DNA from: an uncultured delta proteobacterium
GTDB lineage: Bacteria > Desulfobacterota > Binatia > Binatales > Binataceae
Length of the DNA stretch: 64,000 bases
Reading direction: 5' to 3'
NCBI GenBank assembly: GCA_963755905.1
Contig: CAVWLM010000006.1
Location: forward strand, 869,431-933,430
The notes below the pieces were generated by a model, which had not been told where the DNA came from, did no database searches, and saw only the letters and a list, made by a program, of their open reading frames with translations. Numbering within the stretch: the stretch's first letter is position 1; each line of letters begins with the position of its first letter. Position numbers and translations under genes: made by a program. Positions 1 to 10,300 of this stretch are shown piece by piece.

Positions 1-1
1 C

Positions 2-937
2 GAGATTGGGGTCCGCCCAGCCGAACGTGCGTGGCTGAGGTCCCGAGCGGCGCTTAACGCGCTTTACCAACTGACTCGACAGGAGAGGATTCACGCTTCG
101 ATGAGTCTGCGACCGTCGGTTTATCTTGCGGGGGATGTTCTCGACGCGCGAGGACTCGCTAAAGAGGCGCGGGCCCGTGTACGGCTCGGATTGCCCAGCC
201 AGTATCTCGACCGGGATGAGCTCCGCGCCCGGTTCGACTTGTCGCGAGCGGCGGCGATTGTGAGCACCGAGAGTGTAGCCGCGGACCCGCGGGCCCTCGC
301 GTCTGGATTTCTCCGGCGAGCTCAACAGCTCGGCGCACGGCTTTTCGCTCCTCACGAGATCGTCGATATCCAATCCGGGAAACGCGCCGCACTGACGGTG
401 ACCAAAGATGGCTTCACGATCGAATCTCGACAAATCGTGCTCTGCACGGGTTACGAGTTGCCGAAAATCGTGCCCGCCGATGGACACAGCATCGCCTCGA
501 CCTGGGTAATTGCTACCAAGCCACAGCCGAAACATCTCTGGCCGAGCGAGTGCTTCATCTGGGAAGCGAAAGATCCATACCTCTATGTGCGCGCCACCAT
601 CGACGGACGCATCATTTGCGGCGGCGAGGATGAAGAATTTACCGACGAGCCCCGACGCGATGCCAAGCTCGGTGCAAAGGTAAGAATTCTTGAGAATAAG
701 CTCGCTAAGCTTTTGCCGAAGGTCGACTCACGCGCGAAGTTCGCATGGACCGCGTCGTTCGGTCAGAGCAAAACGGGGCTGCCAAGCATCGGTTCAATTC
801 CTGGTTACACGCGTTGTTACGCCGTAATGGGTTATGGCGGCAATGGAATCACATTTTCGATGCTTGCCGCGCAGATCATTTCCGCCTCCATTGGAAGACG
901 ACGAGATCCGGATGCGGGACTGTTTGCATTCCTCTGA
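2..937 (+). CDS. FAD-dependent oxidoreductase (DAO family), 5'-truncated by window edge
   Basis: The reading frame is open from nt 2 through the listed ATG at 101 with no stop. The protein looks like the C-terminal two thirds of a DAO-type flavoprotein (tail ...CYAVMGYGGNGITFS...). The N-terminal GxGxxG dinucleotide fold is absent, so the gene starts upstream of the window. Confidence 0.7.
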   Translation, partial: EIGVRPAERAWLRSRAALNALYQLTRQERIHASMSLRPSVYLAGDVLDARGLAKEARARVRLGLPSQYLDRDELRARFDLSRAAAIVSTESVAADPRALASGFLRRAQQLGARLFAPHEIVDIQSGKRAALTVTKDGFTIESRQIVLCTGYELPKIVPADGHSIASTWVIATKPQPKHLWPSECFIWEAKDPYLYVRATIDGRIICGGEDEEFTDEPRRDAKLGAKVRILENKLAKLLPKVDSRAKFAWTASFGQSKTGLPSIGSIPGYTRCYAVMGYGGNGITFSMLAAQIISASIGRRRDPDAGLFAFL

Positions 938-1155
938 CGATCGCATCGCCGATTCTCATTGATTCTATACAACTGAGGCGGGCCTTCGAGCCGCAAAACT
1001 GTGGGATCGACTGACTAGTCAACGCCGATATAGTTGCTGAACCTGTGCGTCGTTCGGGTCGGGCGTCCCAGGGCGCTCGGCATACCCCTCCACGCTTATA
1101 AGACCAAAGTCCCATTTTCTCAAGTTACCGGCGCTGACATGATCACCGGCTCACC

Positions 1156-1710
1156 ATGCTTTCACGGAGATGGCTAATGGAACACGAGCGCATTTGGAGA
1201 AGTCATAAAGGCAGGGTCGGTGGCGCGCTCGCGATGGCGACCCTCCTCGTCCTTCTCCTGACTGGATCGCCTCTCGCGCAGGACATCTACGCCTATCCCG
1301 CGAAAGGACAAAGCCAGACGCAGCAGGACCGTGATCGCTACGAATGCCATTCATGGGCGGTAAAGCAAACCGGATTCGATCCGAGCAGGGCTCAGGGTGT
1401 CGCTTCTGGTACGGGACCCGCGTCGAATCAACCGCCGGCGCAGGCGCATGTCGTAAAAGGCGCCGCGCGCGGCGCCGCGCTCGGCGTGGTAGGGGGCGCG
1501 ATAGCGGGCAACGCAGGCAAGGGCGCCGCCGCGGGCGCGGCGATGGGTGGGCTGGCCGGCGGAATGCGCCGGCGCGATCAAAAGATCCAGCAGAATCAGC
1601 AACAGCAGGTCAACGCTCAAGCGGCGGCTAATTCACAGCAAAACCAACGCAATGCCTATCATCGCGCGATGGCCGCGTGCCTGACAGGACGCGGCTACAC
1701 CGTTAACTGA
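1156..1710 (+). CDS. Secreted glycine-zipper protein (YMGG-like)
   Basis: Hydrophobic signal-like stretch MATLLVLLLTGSPLAQ. Long glycine zipper GAARGAALGVVGGAIAGNAGKGAAAGAAMGGLAGG, a Q-rich tail and conserved Cys pairs (YECHSWA / AMAACLTGRGY). The true start may be an internal Met. Confidence 0.6.
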   Translation: MLSRRWLMEHERIWRSHKGRVGGALAMATLLVLLLTGSPLAQDIYAYPAKGQSQTQQDRDRYECHSWAVKQTGFDPSRAQGVASGTGPASNQPPAQAHVVKGAARGAALGVVGGAIAGNAGKGAAAGAAMGGLAGGMRRRDQKIQQNQQQQVNAQAAANSQQNQRNAYHRAMAACLTGRGYTVN

Positions 1711-1906
1711 GATCACTTTCCGATGAGCCTATCGATCCACTTATCGGTTGCTGCGGTTGGCAGTTCCTGGGTAAGCAGGACCAAAGTCTCATTGAATCAT
1801 CCGGATTCTACAGCCACATAGGTTACATGAAGTAGGTCTTTTATCATCATCTCATGGATCTCATGGGCTGTGCGTACAACAGCCCTCCAAAGTCGCAGGC
1901 ATTTTT

Positions 1907-2671
1907 ATGAACGAAGCCAGACCCGTGCCATCCAACACGATGCCCCAAGGCAGACGGTCGAGCCGTCTCAGGAGGCCGCCGCTAAAAACTTTCCGCCCTC
2001 GAGACTCCCGAAAAGTCGAGGCGTGCGCGACGAACCAGAGTATCACGGTCGCAACGATTGAAGACGATAAGCGCGTTCGCCGGGCGATCGTCCTTTCGAT
2101 TGCCACTGCTGGCTTTAAAAGCGAGTCTTACGCCTGCGCGGAGGAATTTCTGGACACCGCCAATGCAAAGGATTTTGACTGCATTCTGGTGGGCATCAAT
2201 CTCCCGAGGATGAACGGCCTGGAACTGCAGGAGGAACTCAACCGAACAGTACCGTATGCGTCGATCGTTTTCATCACTGGCCATAACGATCTGCCTCTCG
2301 GAATGCGTGCGATGAAGAGAGGTGCCGTAGATGTCCTTGAAAAGCCGATTGACGATGAAACACTATTGAACTCGGTAGCACGTGGTGCCTATCTCTCGCG
2401 TAAGCGCCGTGCTGAGCATAACCAGCGTATCGAACTGGAAAAACGCTACGGCTGCCTCACGCCTCGCGAATGCGAAGTCTTCGATCTGATCACCGCCGGG
2501 TTGCTGAACAAACAGGTAGGGGCCCGATTGGGAACCACGGAAAGGACCGTGAAGGCGCATCGCGAGAGGGTAATGAGCAAGATGCTCGCCGGCTCGCTGG
2601 CCGACCTTGTACGTATGGCCGACGTCCTTCAGATTCACCCCGCTCGCGCGCAGGCCGCCCCAGCCGGATGA
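1907..2671 (+). CDS. FixJ/NarL-type response regulator (REC + LuxR HTH) with atypical receiver
   Basis: Receiver motifs IEDD, ITGHND (Thr) and LEKP (Lys). C-terminal LuxR HTH (LTPRECEVFDLITAGLLNKQVGARLGTTERTVKAHRERVMSKM). The phospho-acceptor position reads ILVGINLP, i.e. Gly not Asp. An R/P/S-rich N-terminal extension of about 45 aa is present. The start is uncertain (ATG 1907 or 1940), and there is no in-frame ATG/GTG/TTG closer to the receiver. Confidence 0.8.
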   Translation: MNEARPVPSNTMPQGRRSSRLRRPPLKTFRPRDSRKVEACATNQSITVATIEDDKRVRRAIVLSIATAGFKSESYACAEEFLDTANAKDFDCILVGINLPRMNGLELQEELNRTVPYASIVFITGHNDLPLGMRAMKRGAVDVLEKPIDDETLLNSVARGAYLSRKRRAEHNQRIELEKRYGCLTPRECEVFDLITAGLLNKQVGARLGTTERTVKAHRERVMSKMLAGSLADLVRMADVLQIHPARAQAAPAG

Positions 2672-3058
2672 GCCAGACAGACGGCTGAATCGCGCGCGCA
2701 ACGCCGCCTGGCGGCTGCTACGTGCCACGGATCAGCGTGGTCCTCCTCTGTTCAGTCAGTGAAATGTCAGGCCCCTACTTCGAAACGCACGAATCAAAAA
2801 ATAATGATCCAGATCTGCTAGGACTGGCGAGCCGGCGCGCGACTCGAGGTTTACATTGAAATCAGTTCGGTGTATCGCAACCGGTTGGAATATGATGTGG
2901 CGCGAAAGCTTTTCATCCCGTGCGCATGGTGAAAATCGATCGGCAATTGAGTTTGGAGAATTAAAACGGAAATTCCAGTCAAGGCCGAGTCGGTCAGCGC
3001 CGGTATCTCCGAGCCCGGACCGGCAGGCTCCGGAGGACTGAGTAACCTCCAACTCGCC

Positions 3059-4237
3059 GTGATGGCGATAGCTGCGGCCGTCACGGCCGCCAATCTCTAC
3101 TATTGCCAGCCGCTCCTGAGCCAGATCGCTGACAGCCTTCATATGACCGAGCGCCAGACCGCCGATATTCCCATGCTTACTCAGGTCGGCTACGCACTGG
3201 GACTTCTGTTCTTTGCGCCGCTGGGCGATATGGTCGAGCGGCGCGAACTGGCGACGGTTCTTCTGATGGTCGTTACGGTGTCGCTCGTGGGCACCTCGTT
3301 GGCGCCGAATGCGCAGGTGCTGCTGGCAACCTCACTGGTAACCGGGATGTTCTCCGTGGTTCCGCAAGTGATGGCGCCGATGGCATCCGCGCTGTCGAAG
3401 GCGCAAGCGCAGGGGAGAGCGGTGGGAATCGTGATGGGCGGCATGCTCATCGGAATTCTGCTCGCGCGCACAGTGGCCGGATTCGTCGGCACCTGGTTCG
3501 GCTGGCGCGCGATGTATGTGGTCGCGGCGGTGATGATGGTGGTCATCAACGCACTGCTGCGAGCGATTTTGCCGATTAGCCGACCCACGGCTCGAATCCG
3601 ATACCGGGAACTCCTTTCGTCGCTAATACCGCTCGCGCGCAAGCTGCCGGCGTTGCGCCAGTCGGCGATCATGTCGGGCTTCGCCTTCGGGGCTTTTAGC
3701 GCTTACTGGACTACACTGGTTTTCTTTCTGGAGACGCCGCCCTATCACTATGGTGCGCAGATGGCCGGATTGCTCGGTCTGGCTGGAGTCGCCGGCGCGT
3801 TGGCGGCTCCGACGGTCGGATGGCTTTCCGACCGCGGCTATCCGCGGCTGGCATCGGGATGCGCGCTGCTAATCGGGATGATCGCGTTTGGCCTGCTCTG
3901 GACTGTTGGAGGAACGATTGTCGGGCTCGCCATCGGAGGCATCGTTCTGGACCTCGGCACGCAGGCCAACCTGGTCACCAATCAGACGCGCATCTACAGG
4001 TTGATCCCGGAGGCGCGCAACCGCATCAACACTGTCTTCATGGTCACATACTTTATTGGTGGCGCGCTCGGCACCTTCCTGTCCGGCTTCGCATGGAGTC
4101 TGTGGCAATGGAACGGCGTATGCTTCTTGGGCATTTCGTTCTTTGGCGCCGCGCTAATCGTATGGGCTGTCGGAAGCTGGGAATCAGAACACGGAAGCGG
4201 CGTCTCGCGACGGTCCGAAGCCATGCCGGCGACGTGA
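3059..4237 (+). CDS. MFS transporter
   Basis: 392 aa, multi-pass hydrophobic, with the MFS loop motif FAPLGDMVERR between TM2 and TM3. GTG 3059 or ATG 3062 start; TM1 looks short. Confidence 0.8.
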   Translation: MMAIAAAVTAANLYYCQPLLSQIADSLHMTERQTADIPMLTQVGYALGLLFFAPLGDMVERRELATVLLMVVTVSLVGTSLAPNAQVLLATSLVTGMFSVVPQVMAPMASALSKAQAQGRAVGIVMGGMLIGILLARTVAGFVGTWFGWRAMYVVAAVMMVVINALLRAILPISRPTARIRYRELLSSLIPLARKLPALRQSAIMSGFAFGAFSAYWTTLVFFLETPPYHYGAQMAGLLGLAGVAGALAAPTVGWLSDRGYPRLASGCALLIGMIAFGLLWTVGGTIVGLAIGGIVLDLGTQANLVTNQTRIYRLIPEARNRINTVFMVTYFIGGALGTFLSGFAWSLWQWNGVCFLGISFFGAALIVWAVGSWESEHGSGVSRRSEAMPAT

Positions 4238-4498
4238 CCGCGCGCGCAAGCCACCCCCGCTCGTCGCAAATGCCGCGAATTCCGCGCCTGGCGATGACCC
4301 CCGCTATTGTACCAAAGTACAATAGCGCCCCCGAAAAAAACGGACGACTCTTAATGCGCTGAGGAGCGCGATGGCGGGTTGCGCCCGCGAGGAGTCCGGG
4401 AATCGGAGACCGCGAGGCGGGCTGAGAGCGTTTGTGGTCGCAAGTGAATTGGAGCGGCGTCGCTTGGCGACGCGGCGGCGGAGCAAGCAGGAGAAAGA

Positions 4499-5794
4499 AT
4501 GATCGAGAGTAATTCGTCGAACCGGTTGGCGACCCTGGTTGCCTTGCGCGTCGGAGCCTATGCCCTTGCGGCCGTCCTCTTTCTCGTACCTCAACTGTTG
4601 TGGGCCCAGGGGGCGGGCCAATTCGAACAGCCGCCGATCATTAACGCCTCTCAACTTTTGCCCCAGAGCGAGCTTTCTGGCCCCGGATTTCACGTCGAGC
4701 AACTGGTGCCGACCAACGGCGCGATGGGCCAATACACGATCGTCGCCGACGCGTCAGTGTTTCAGGACGATGCTGGAACCTACGAGGTCCAAAGCCTCAA
4801 TCTTTTAAAGATACGACTGTCCGAGATACCGGCGATCGCATATCTGGAGAACGTAAGTAAGACCGGGGTATTTGCGAGCTCGCTGGCCCAAAGCGCGGCG
4901 CGCCCGGTTACGGCCGCGGCAAATATGGTTATTCATCCGATGGACACGGTAACCGGACTGCCCAGTGGAATTGGCAGTTTCTTCGACCGCGTCACGATGG
5001 GCGCCGGGGCAATAGCTTCGTCGGCTACGAATTCGTTCGGAAGCGGGAAAGCCGCGGGTCAGACCGCCAACGCTACGATGACCGCGCTGGGTTATGATCA
5101 GGTTCGCCGGGACCTCGCGAGAAAGCTGCACGTAGATCCTTACAGCTCCGATCCGATTCTCACTAAGAAACTGAATTCGGTTGCCTGGGTGATGTTCTCG
5201 GCCCGCCTCACGGTCGATGCGGCCATGATGGCTGTTCCCGCCTCGATCGTCATCAGTGGCGTGGAGTTCACTAACGACCTGGTCTACCAGACTCCGAAAG
5301 GGGATTTGATCATCCTGGTGCAGAACAGCCTTCAGAGTTTCGGCCTTAGCCAGGAGGAGATCGTCTCCTTCACAAGCAATTCCGCGATTCCATTGAGTCT
5401 GCAGGTTTCCGTGATCGAAGATCTCAAAGGCCTCGGCGAGATTCCTGGCCGCCGAGCCGCGGCGGTGGCTGTGGGCAACGTGATGACAGAGTACCAGGCA
5501 CGCTTCCTGGCCACTTCCCTGCACATGCTCAATCAATGGGGCCAACAGAAGAGTCCGATCACGCAACTTCAAGCTCCCGGGGTGCTGGTTGCCCACGATC
5601 AGAATGGCACCGTGATAGTGCCCGCTCCGGTCGACTACGTGTCGTGGACCCCGCGGATCGCCGGCTTCGTGACCACTCCCGCACTGCTCGCTCTTCAGCA
5701 TCGCGTGTTGTGGATTCCCGCTCAGATGACGCCTCTTGCACAGCAGCAACTGACGGCCAATGGCTGGACGGTACACCAGAGCGCACAGCCTTAG
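4499..5794 (+). CDS. Hypothetical secreted/membrane-anchored protein
   Basis: 431 aa. N-terminal hydrophobic segment LATLVALRVGAYALAAVLFLVPQLLWAQGAG. Composition is protein-like, and the antisense ORF 4805-5776 is R-rich. No family recognised. Confidence 0.6.
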   Translation: MIESNSSNRLATLVALRVGAYALAAVLFLVPQLLWAQGAGQFEQPPIINASQLLPQSELSGPGFHVEQLVPTNGAMGQYTIVADASVFQDDAGTYEVQSLNLLKIRLSEIPAIAYLENVSKTGVFASSLAQSAARPVTAAANMVIHPMDTVTGLPSGIGSFFDRVTMGAGAIASSATNSFGSGKAAGQTANATMTALGYDQVRRDLARKLHVDPYSSDPILTKKLNSVAWVMFSARLTVDAAMMAVPASIVISGVEFTNDLVYQTPKGDLIILVQNSLQSFGLSQEEIVSFTSNSAIPLSLQVSVIEDLKGLGEIPGRRAAAVAVGNVMTEYQARFLATSLHMLNQWGQQKSPITQLQAPGVLVAHDQNGTVIVPAPVDYVSWTPRIAGFVTTPALLALQHRVLWIPAQMTPLAQQQLTANGWTVHQSAQP

Positions 5795-6053
5795 TACCCA
5801 GTACGTCTCTTCTTGGTCACTGGACCGGCGTCCTTGAACTTGGGGGCGCCGCTTTTCCCGATACTTAAGCCACTTGGTCGCTCTCTATTGTACTAACTAT
5901 CTTTAGCAGCCCGATCGAAGGCCCAGTGCCGCAGCACAGCCATCGCGACAGTTACGCAAAGCACTCATTGAAGGTGACAGGTTCAGTTTGACTCAAGGCG
6001 CATAAAGTGTGGTTTGATGGGGCAATCGCCGAAACGTTCAAGCGAGGTAGTGT

Positions 6054-6866
6054 ATGTCACTATGGGCCGAAGGTGTCCGCTGCTGCGCCGTCTTGAGTTT
6101 CGATCTCGACGCTGATCTGTTCTGGAAGGTTTGGCTCAACGGAAAGCCGTCCCTGCTGGACCGCTCGCAGGGCGAATACGGGCCCAGGGTTGGCCTACCC
6201 CGCATTCTCGCGATGCTCGCGCGCAACGACATTGAGGCGACTTTCTTCGTGCCGGGGCGCATAGCCGAACGATATCCGGACGCCGTGCGGTCAATTGCCG
6301 ACGCAGGTCATGAGATTGCCCATCATGGGTACGATCATGAGGACTTCTCGAAGCTCTCGGCCAACGAGCAGCGCGAGGTTCTCGCCAGAGGATCGCAGGC
6401 GCTGGAGGCTGTTACGGGACGCGCGCCGCGCGGCGCCCGTTTGATACCGGGTGAGGATACCGCGGCCATCGTTCATGAGGCCGGCTACCTGTATTCGAGC
6501 ATCATGATGGACGCGGAAACGCCCTACCGTTACGTCATCGATGGAAAGGCCAGCGATCTTATCGAGCTGCCAACGACGTTCGCCCTGAATGACTCTTCGT
6601 GTTTTGCCTACAGCTTTGGTCTGGCGAAGCCGCTCCTCACTCCCGGTATCGTAGAGGCTATGTATCTCGAGGAGTTCGAAGCCGAATACGAAGAACGCGG
6701 CTTCTGCATGTTCATGTTACATCCCCAGCTTATCGGACGTCCCGGACGGCTGCGCATGCTGGAGCGCGTGGTGACTCACATGAAGTCATACGGGGACGTG
6801 CTTTTTACGACGGCGGAAAAGGTAGCTGAACGATGCCGGCAGGTACTACCACGGGATGGTGCATAG
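6054..6866 (+). CDS. Polysaccharide deacetylase (NodB homology / PuuE-like) family protein
   Basis: FDLDAD... and ATFFVPGRIAERYPDAVRSIADAGHEIAHHGYDHE motifs match the NodB domain (Asp, His-His metal triad). GAGG sits 8 nt upstream of ATG 6054. Confidence 0.8.
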   Translation: MSLWAEGVRCCAVLSFDLDADLFWKVWLNGKPSLLDRSQGEYGPRVGLPRILAMLARNDIEATFFVPGRIAERYPDAVRSIADAGHEIAHHGYDHEDFSKLSANEQREVLARGSQALEAVTGRAPRGARLIPGEDTAAIVHEAGYLYSSIMMDAETPYRYVIDGKASDLIELPTTFALNDSSCFAYSFGLAKPLLTPGIVEAMYLEEFEAEYEERGFCMFMLHPQLIGRPGRLRMLERVVTHMKSYGDVLFTTAEKVAERCRQVLPRDGA

Positions 6867-7315
6867 TAGACGTGTATTAGATGTTCATCTTGGCCTAAGC
6901 GTTGCAGCCATCGTTTGGAGCGCTCAGGCTTCAAACCCGATTGCCAGTTTGCGTTTCTCCGCTTGAGCTTGCGCGACTTTGCGAAGCGGCAGCATAAAAC
7001 GGGCGCCGCCGACTCGAACTGTGTGGCCGTCGATGCTTCCGGAGAACAATTCGCTGCGCCAGGGTTTTGAAGCGAGCGCCGAAGCCGCATTCGACGTGGT
7101 CGCCACCAGAAAGCTGGCAGCTTCATCCTCCAGAAAGACCAATGGGGCAAAGAGAAAGCCCGCCGCTTCGGCCCGCGGCAAAGAATAAACGCCTCATGTC
7201 CTTCCGCGCGCTCGTACGCGCGAGGCCCGCGCGCACATCGCGAAAGATTCAAAGCGGCTCGCGCGGCGGTCCGCTCATACGGTTGCGAAAAGCGGTATCG
7301 GGCCGATTGCGCTCG

Positions 7316-10300
7316 TCACGGCTGCGTAGCCAGGCCGGCCGCAGTCACGTCATCTCGAGCGGGCGCTTGCGGATTGGCCGGACGCTTTGATTGCAGGTAC
7401 GGCAAGAGCGCTTTCGCCACCGAATCGACGAAATGCTCCTGCAGCATCGTCGAATGTCCACCATCAACGTCGACGCACGTGACGCCAGGCGCGACAATGC
7501 TCCAGCCGAACGTCTTATCGGCGTAGATATCCCGATATGGTGTGTCCGCCCCTTCGCCCGTCCGCGCGCGCACGAGCACGATAGCTGGAATCGATAGCGG
7601 CTTCGGCGTATAGCGCGCCTGGGCGGAATAATAGATCTGACTGACGTTGAGTTCCTGCACGAGCCTGGGCCAGGCGAGGTCGCGCCTCAGCACCTCGCGC
7701 AGCAAGCGAAAGCGGGCGCCGACCCACCACTGATTGCCGCGTTCCGAGACTTTCCAAAGCAGCGCACCGGTAAGCTTTTGCCTGATCGCGCGGGTCACCG
7801 CGAAGGCCCGCTTCAAAGGCGCGGGCTCGCTCTTTCGAGCATCCGCAATAGCCTGCTTCAGCCGGGCACGGCGCTGGTCGGCGAAGCGCCCCGGTCTCTC
7901 AGCGGTCCTTGGCAAAGCGCTTTCAAGCAAGGCCAGGAACTCGACCCTTTCGCCCGCGTTAACGAGTTGCCAAGCCATTTCGTAAGCGATCGTGCCGCCT
8001 GCGCACAGTCCCGCGAACAGATAGGGACCATGCGGCTGCTTGCTGCGGACTCTTTCGACATAAAACGCGGCCATATCTTCGATCGTGGTGTGAGCGAGCG
8101 GTACCCCTGCGATGCGCCGGGGCTCGATCGCGAATACCGCGAGGTCTTCTGGCATGCGACGCGCGAAATTCAAATAGAGCAGTGTTTCTCCGTCTCCATC
8201 GTGGACGAAGAAAAGGCTGCGCGGCCCGCCGCTCCTGAGCTCGATCAGTGCTCCGCTGCGGGAATTCGAAGGCGAGTTCGAGGGCGAATTCGGATGGATC
8301 GACGGATTTAATCCAGGCGTCTCGATCGACGACGGATATTCCCCAATCGTTGGAGTCACGCCTTCACGAATTCGATGGGCCAGCTTTTCAATCGTCGGAG
8401 CCTCGAAAATCGTGGCCGAGCTGAGTTGCACGCCGTAGGTTTTCTTGATTTTCGCGGACAGGCGCATCGCGGTAAGTGACTGTCCACCCATATGGAAAAA
8501 GTCGCTCTGCGGGGTAAGCGACTCCGCACCGAGCAGCTCCCGCCACCACTCCGCGACCGTGCGCTCGACTTCGTCACGCATCGCCTCGGCACTGTCCGGC
8601 TTGCCACTCGCGGCGAGGACCGCACGGAGAGGGCGCGCCCGTTCAAGGGCTGCAAAATCCGAGGGGAACACGACGACGTTCGCGCTGTATGCGCCATCGA
8701 GGACGCGCTGGAATGCCGCGATACCTTCAAGCGAAGAGATGCTGTCGCGCGATTCTCCCGTTTGCTTCCCGCTTCCGCTGTTTGCGATGACCGTCGCTCG
8801 CGCGGACGTCCTTTGAGCATCAAGGCTCAGGCCGTCGCGAATCTGCCGCATCATGAATTCCCGGATCTCGATCAGGACGTTGCCCTCGTCGTCCAGGATG
8901 TCGGCGTCGAAGATTGCGACCAGGCTATCCTCGACCGTGTCGGGACGGATACGAAGATAGCTGTGGCATCGAGCGGGCAGAGGCTTCTTCACGCTGATCC
9001 GCCCATAGCCCATCGGCACATAGGCGCGATTCAGGCTCTCGTAGTTGGGGACTAGAAATAAGGCGGCGCCGGTCGCCATATCGAGCAGCGCGGGATGGAT
9101 CTGATGATCACCGAGGTCGCTATGGAATTCAGGCGAGAGTTCCAGGTCAGCCAGCGCTTCTCCATCACCGAAAGCTATTCGACTGAGCGTGCGCCAGCGC
9201 GGGCCAAAGTCGAAGAAACTTTCCTGTATGCGATTCTGCCGATGGGCGAAGGTCAACTCGCGCAGGGCGCATCGGCCTCGCAGTTCGGCGAGATCATAAG
9301 CGGTTGTCCCGCCGCCGCGATCCTGAACCACCCGCGCGGACGCACATTCCGACCAGCCCGTTCGAGTTTGCACCAGCGCCGCGAATTGATGATCCGAACC
9401 ATTGCGGCGAAGTGACATCCGCAGCCGCCGTGTTTCGCCGGACGCGACCTCGAGCGGCAGCTTGAATTGGAGATCATGGATCGAGATTTGTTCGGGCGGG
9501 ATAAGTTCCTGGGCCGCCTTCAGGATCATCTCGATGTAGCCCGTGCCGGGAAAGACCCCGACGCCGCCGCGGGTGCGATGTTCTCGAACGACCCAGTCGT
9601 CTGCCAGGCTCAGTGTGATATCAAAGGCCGCTTCATCGTCACTGGCGCCGCCGATCTTAAACCCCTCCGGTTCGAGAGATGGTTCGTCCAGCACCCGTTC
9701 GCGATCGGCAGCCATCCCAGCATCGGTCCAGCGGGGGAATTGCAGCGCTATCACCGGGTAGGACCTGTCTCCCGAACGGGTGCGGGCAAACGCGTCGAGA
9801 AAGGCGTTCGCTGCCGCATAGTCCACCTGTCCGGCGGGCGCGAGCACAGAACTCACTGACGAACACAGCATCAGATACTCGAGCGGTTCGCTGGCGAAAA
9901 CGCGTTCGACCACCAAGGTCCCGCGGACTTTCGGGGCGAGAACCGCCGCCGCATCGTCGAAAGACTTGGTCAAGAGCGGGGCGTCGGCGATCGTCCCTGC
10001 GGTATGGATGACGCCCGTCACCGGGCCGAAATGCCGATGGATCGCGGCCAGTGCCGAGACCATAGCCGCTTCATCGGTCACATCGGCGGCGACCGCCATC
10101 ACCCGGGTACCATTTCGTTCGATCGACTCGATTTTCCCAAGAGTGATAGCCAGTGCCCCGCCGGCTTCTATCAGCCGCGGCCATTCCTCTCTGGCAGGCA
10201 GGCCGTTGCGCGACAGTAACACCAGGCGCGCCTTCGCTGACGAATCGGCGATCGCATCGGCCAGCGCGAGGCCGATACCGCCCAGCCCACCCGTAATCAC

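Noticed and set aside
8265-8300. Short tandem DNA repeat (GAATTCGARGGC-like, 3 units)
   Set aside because: It encodes the PNSPSNSPSNS inter-domain linker between the carrier and TE domains of the PKS. It is ordinary low-complexity linker sequence, not an independent element.
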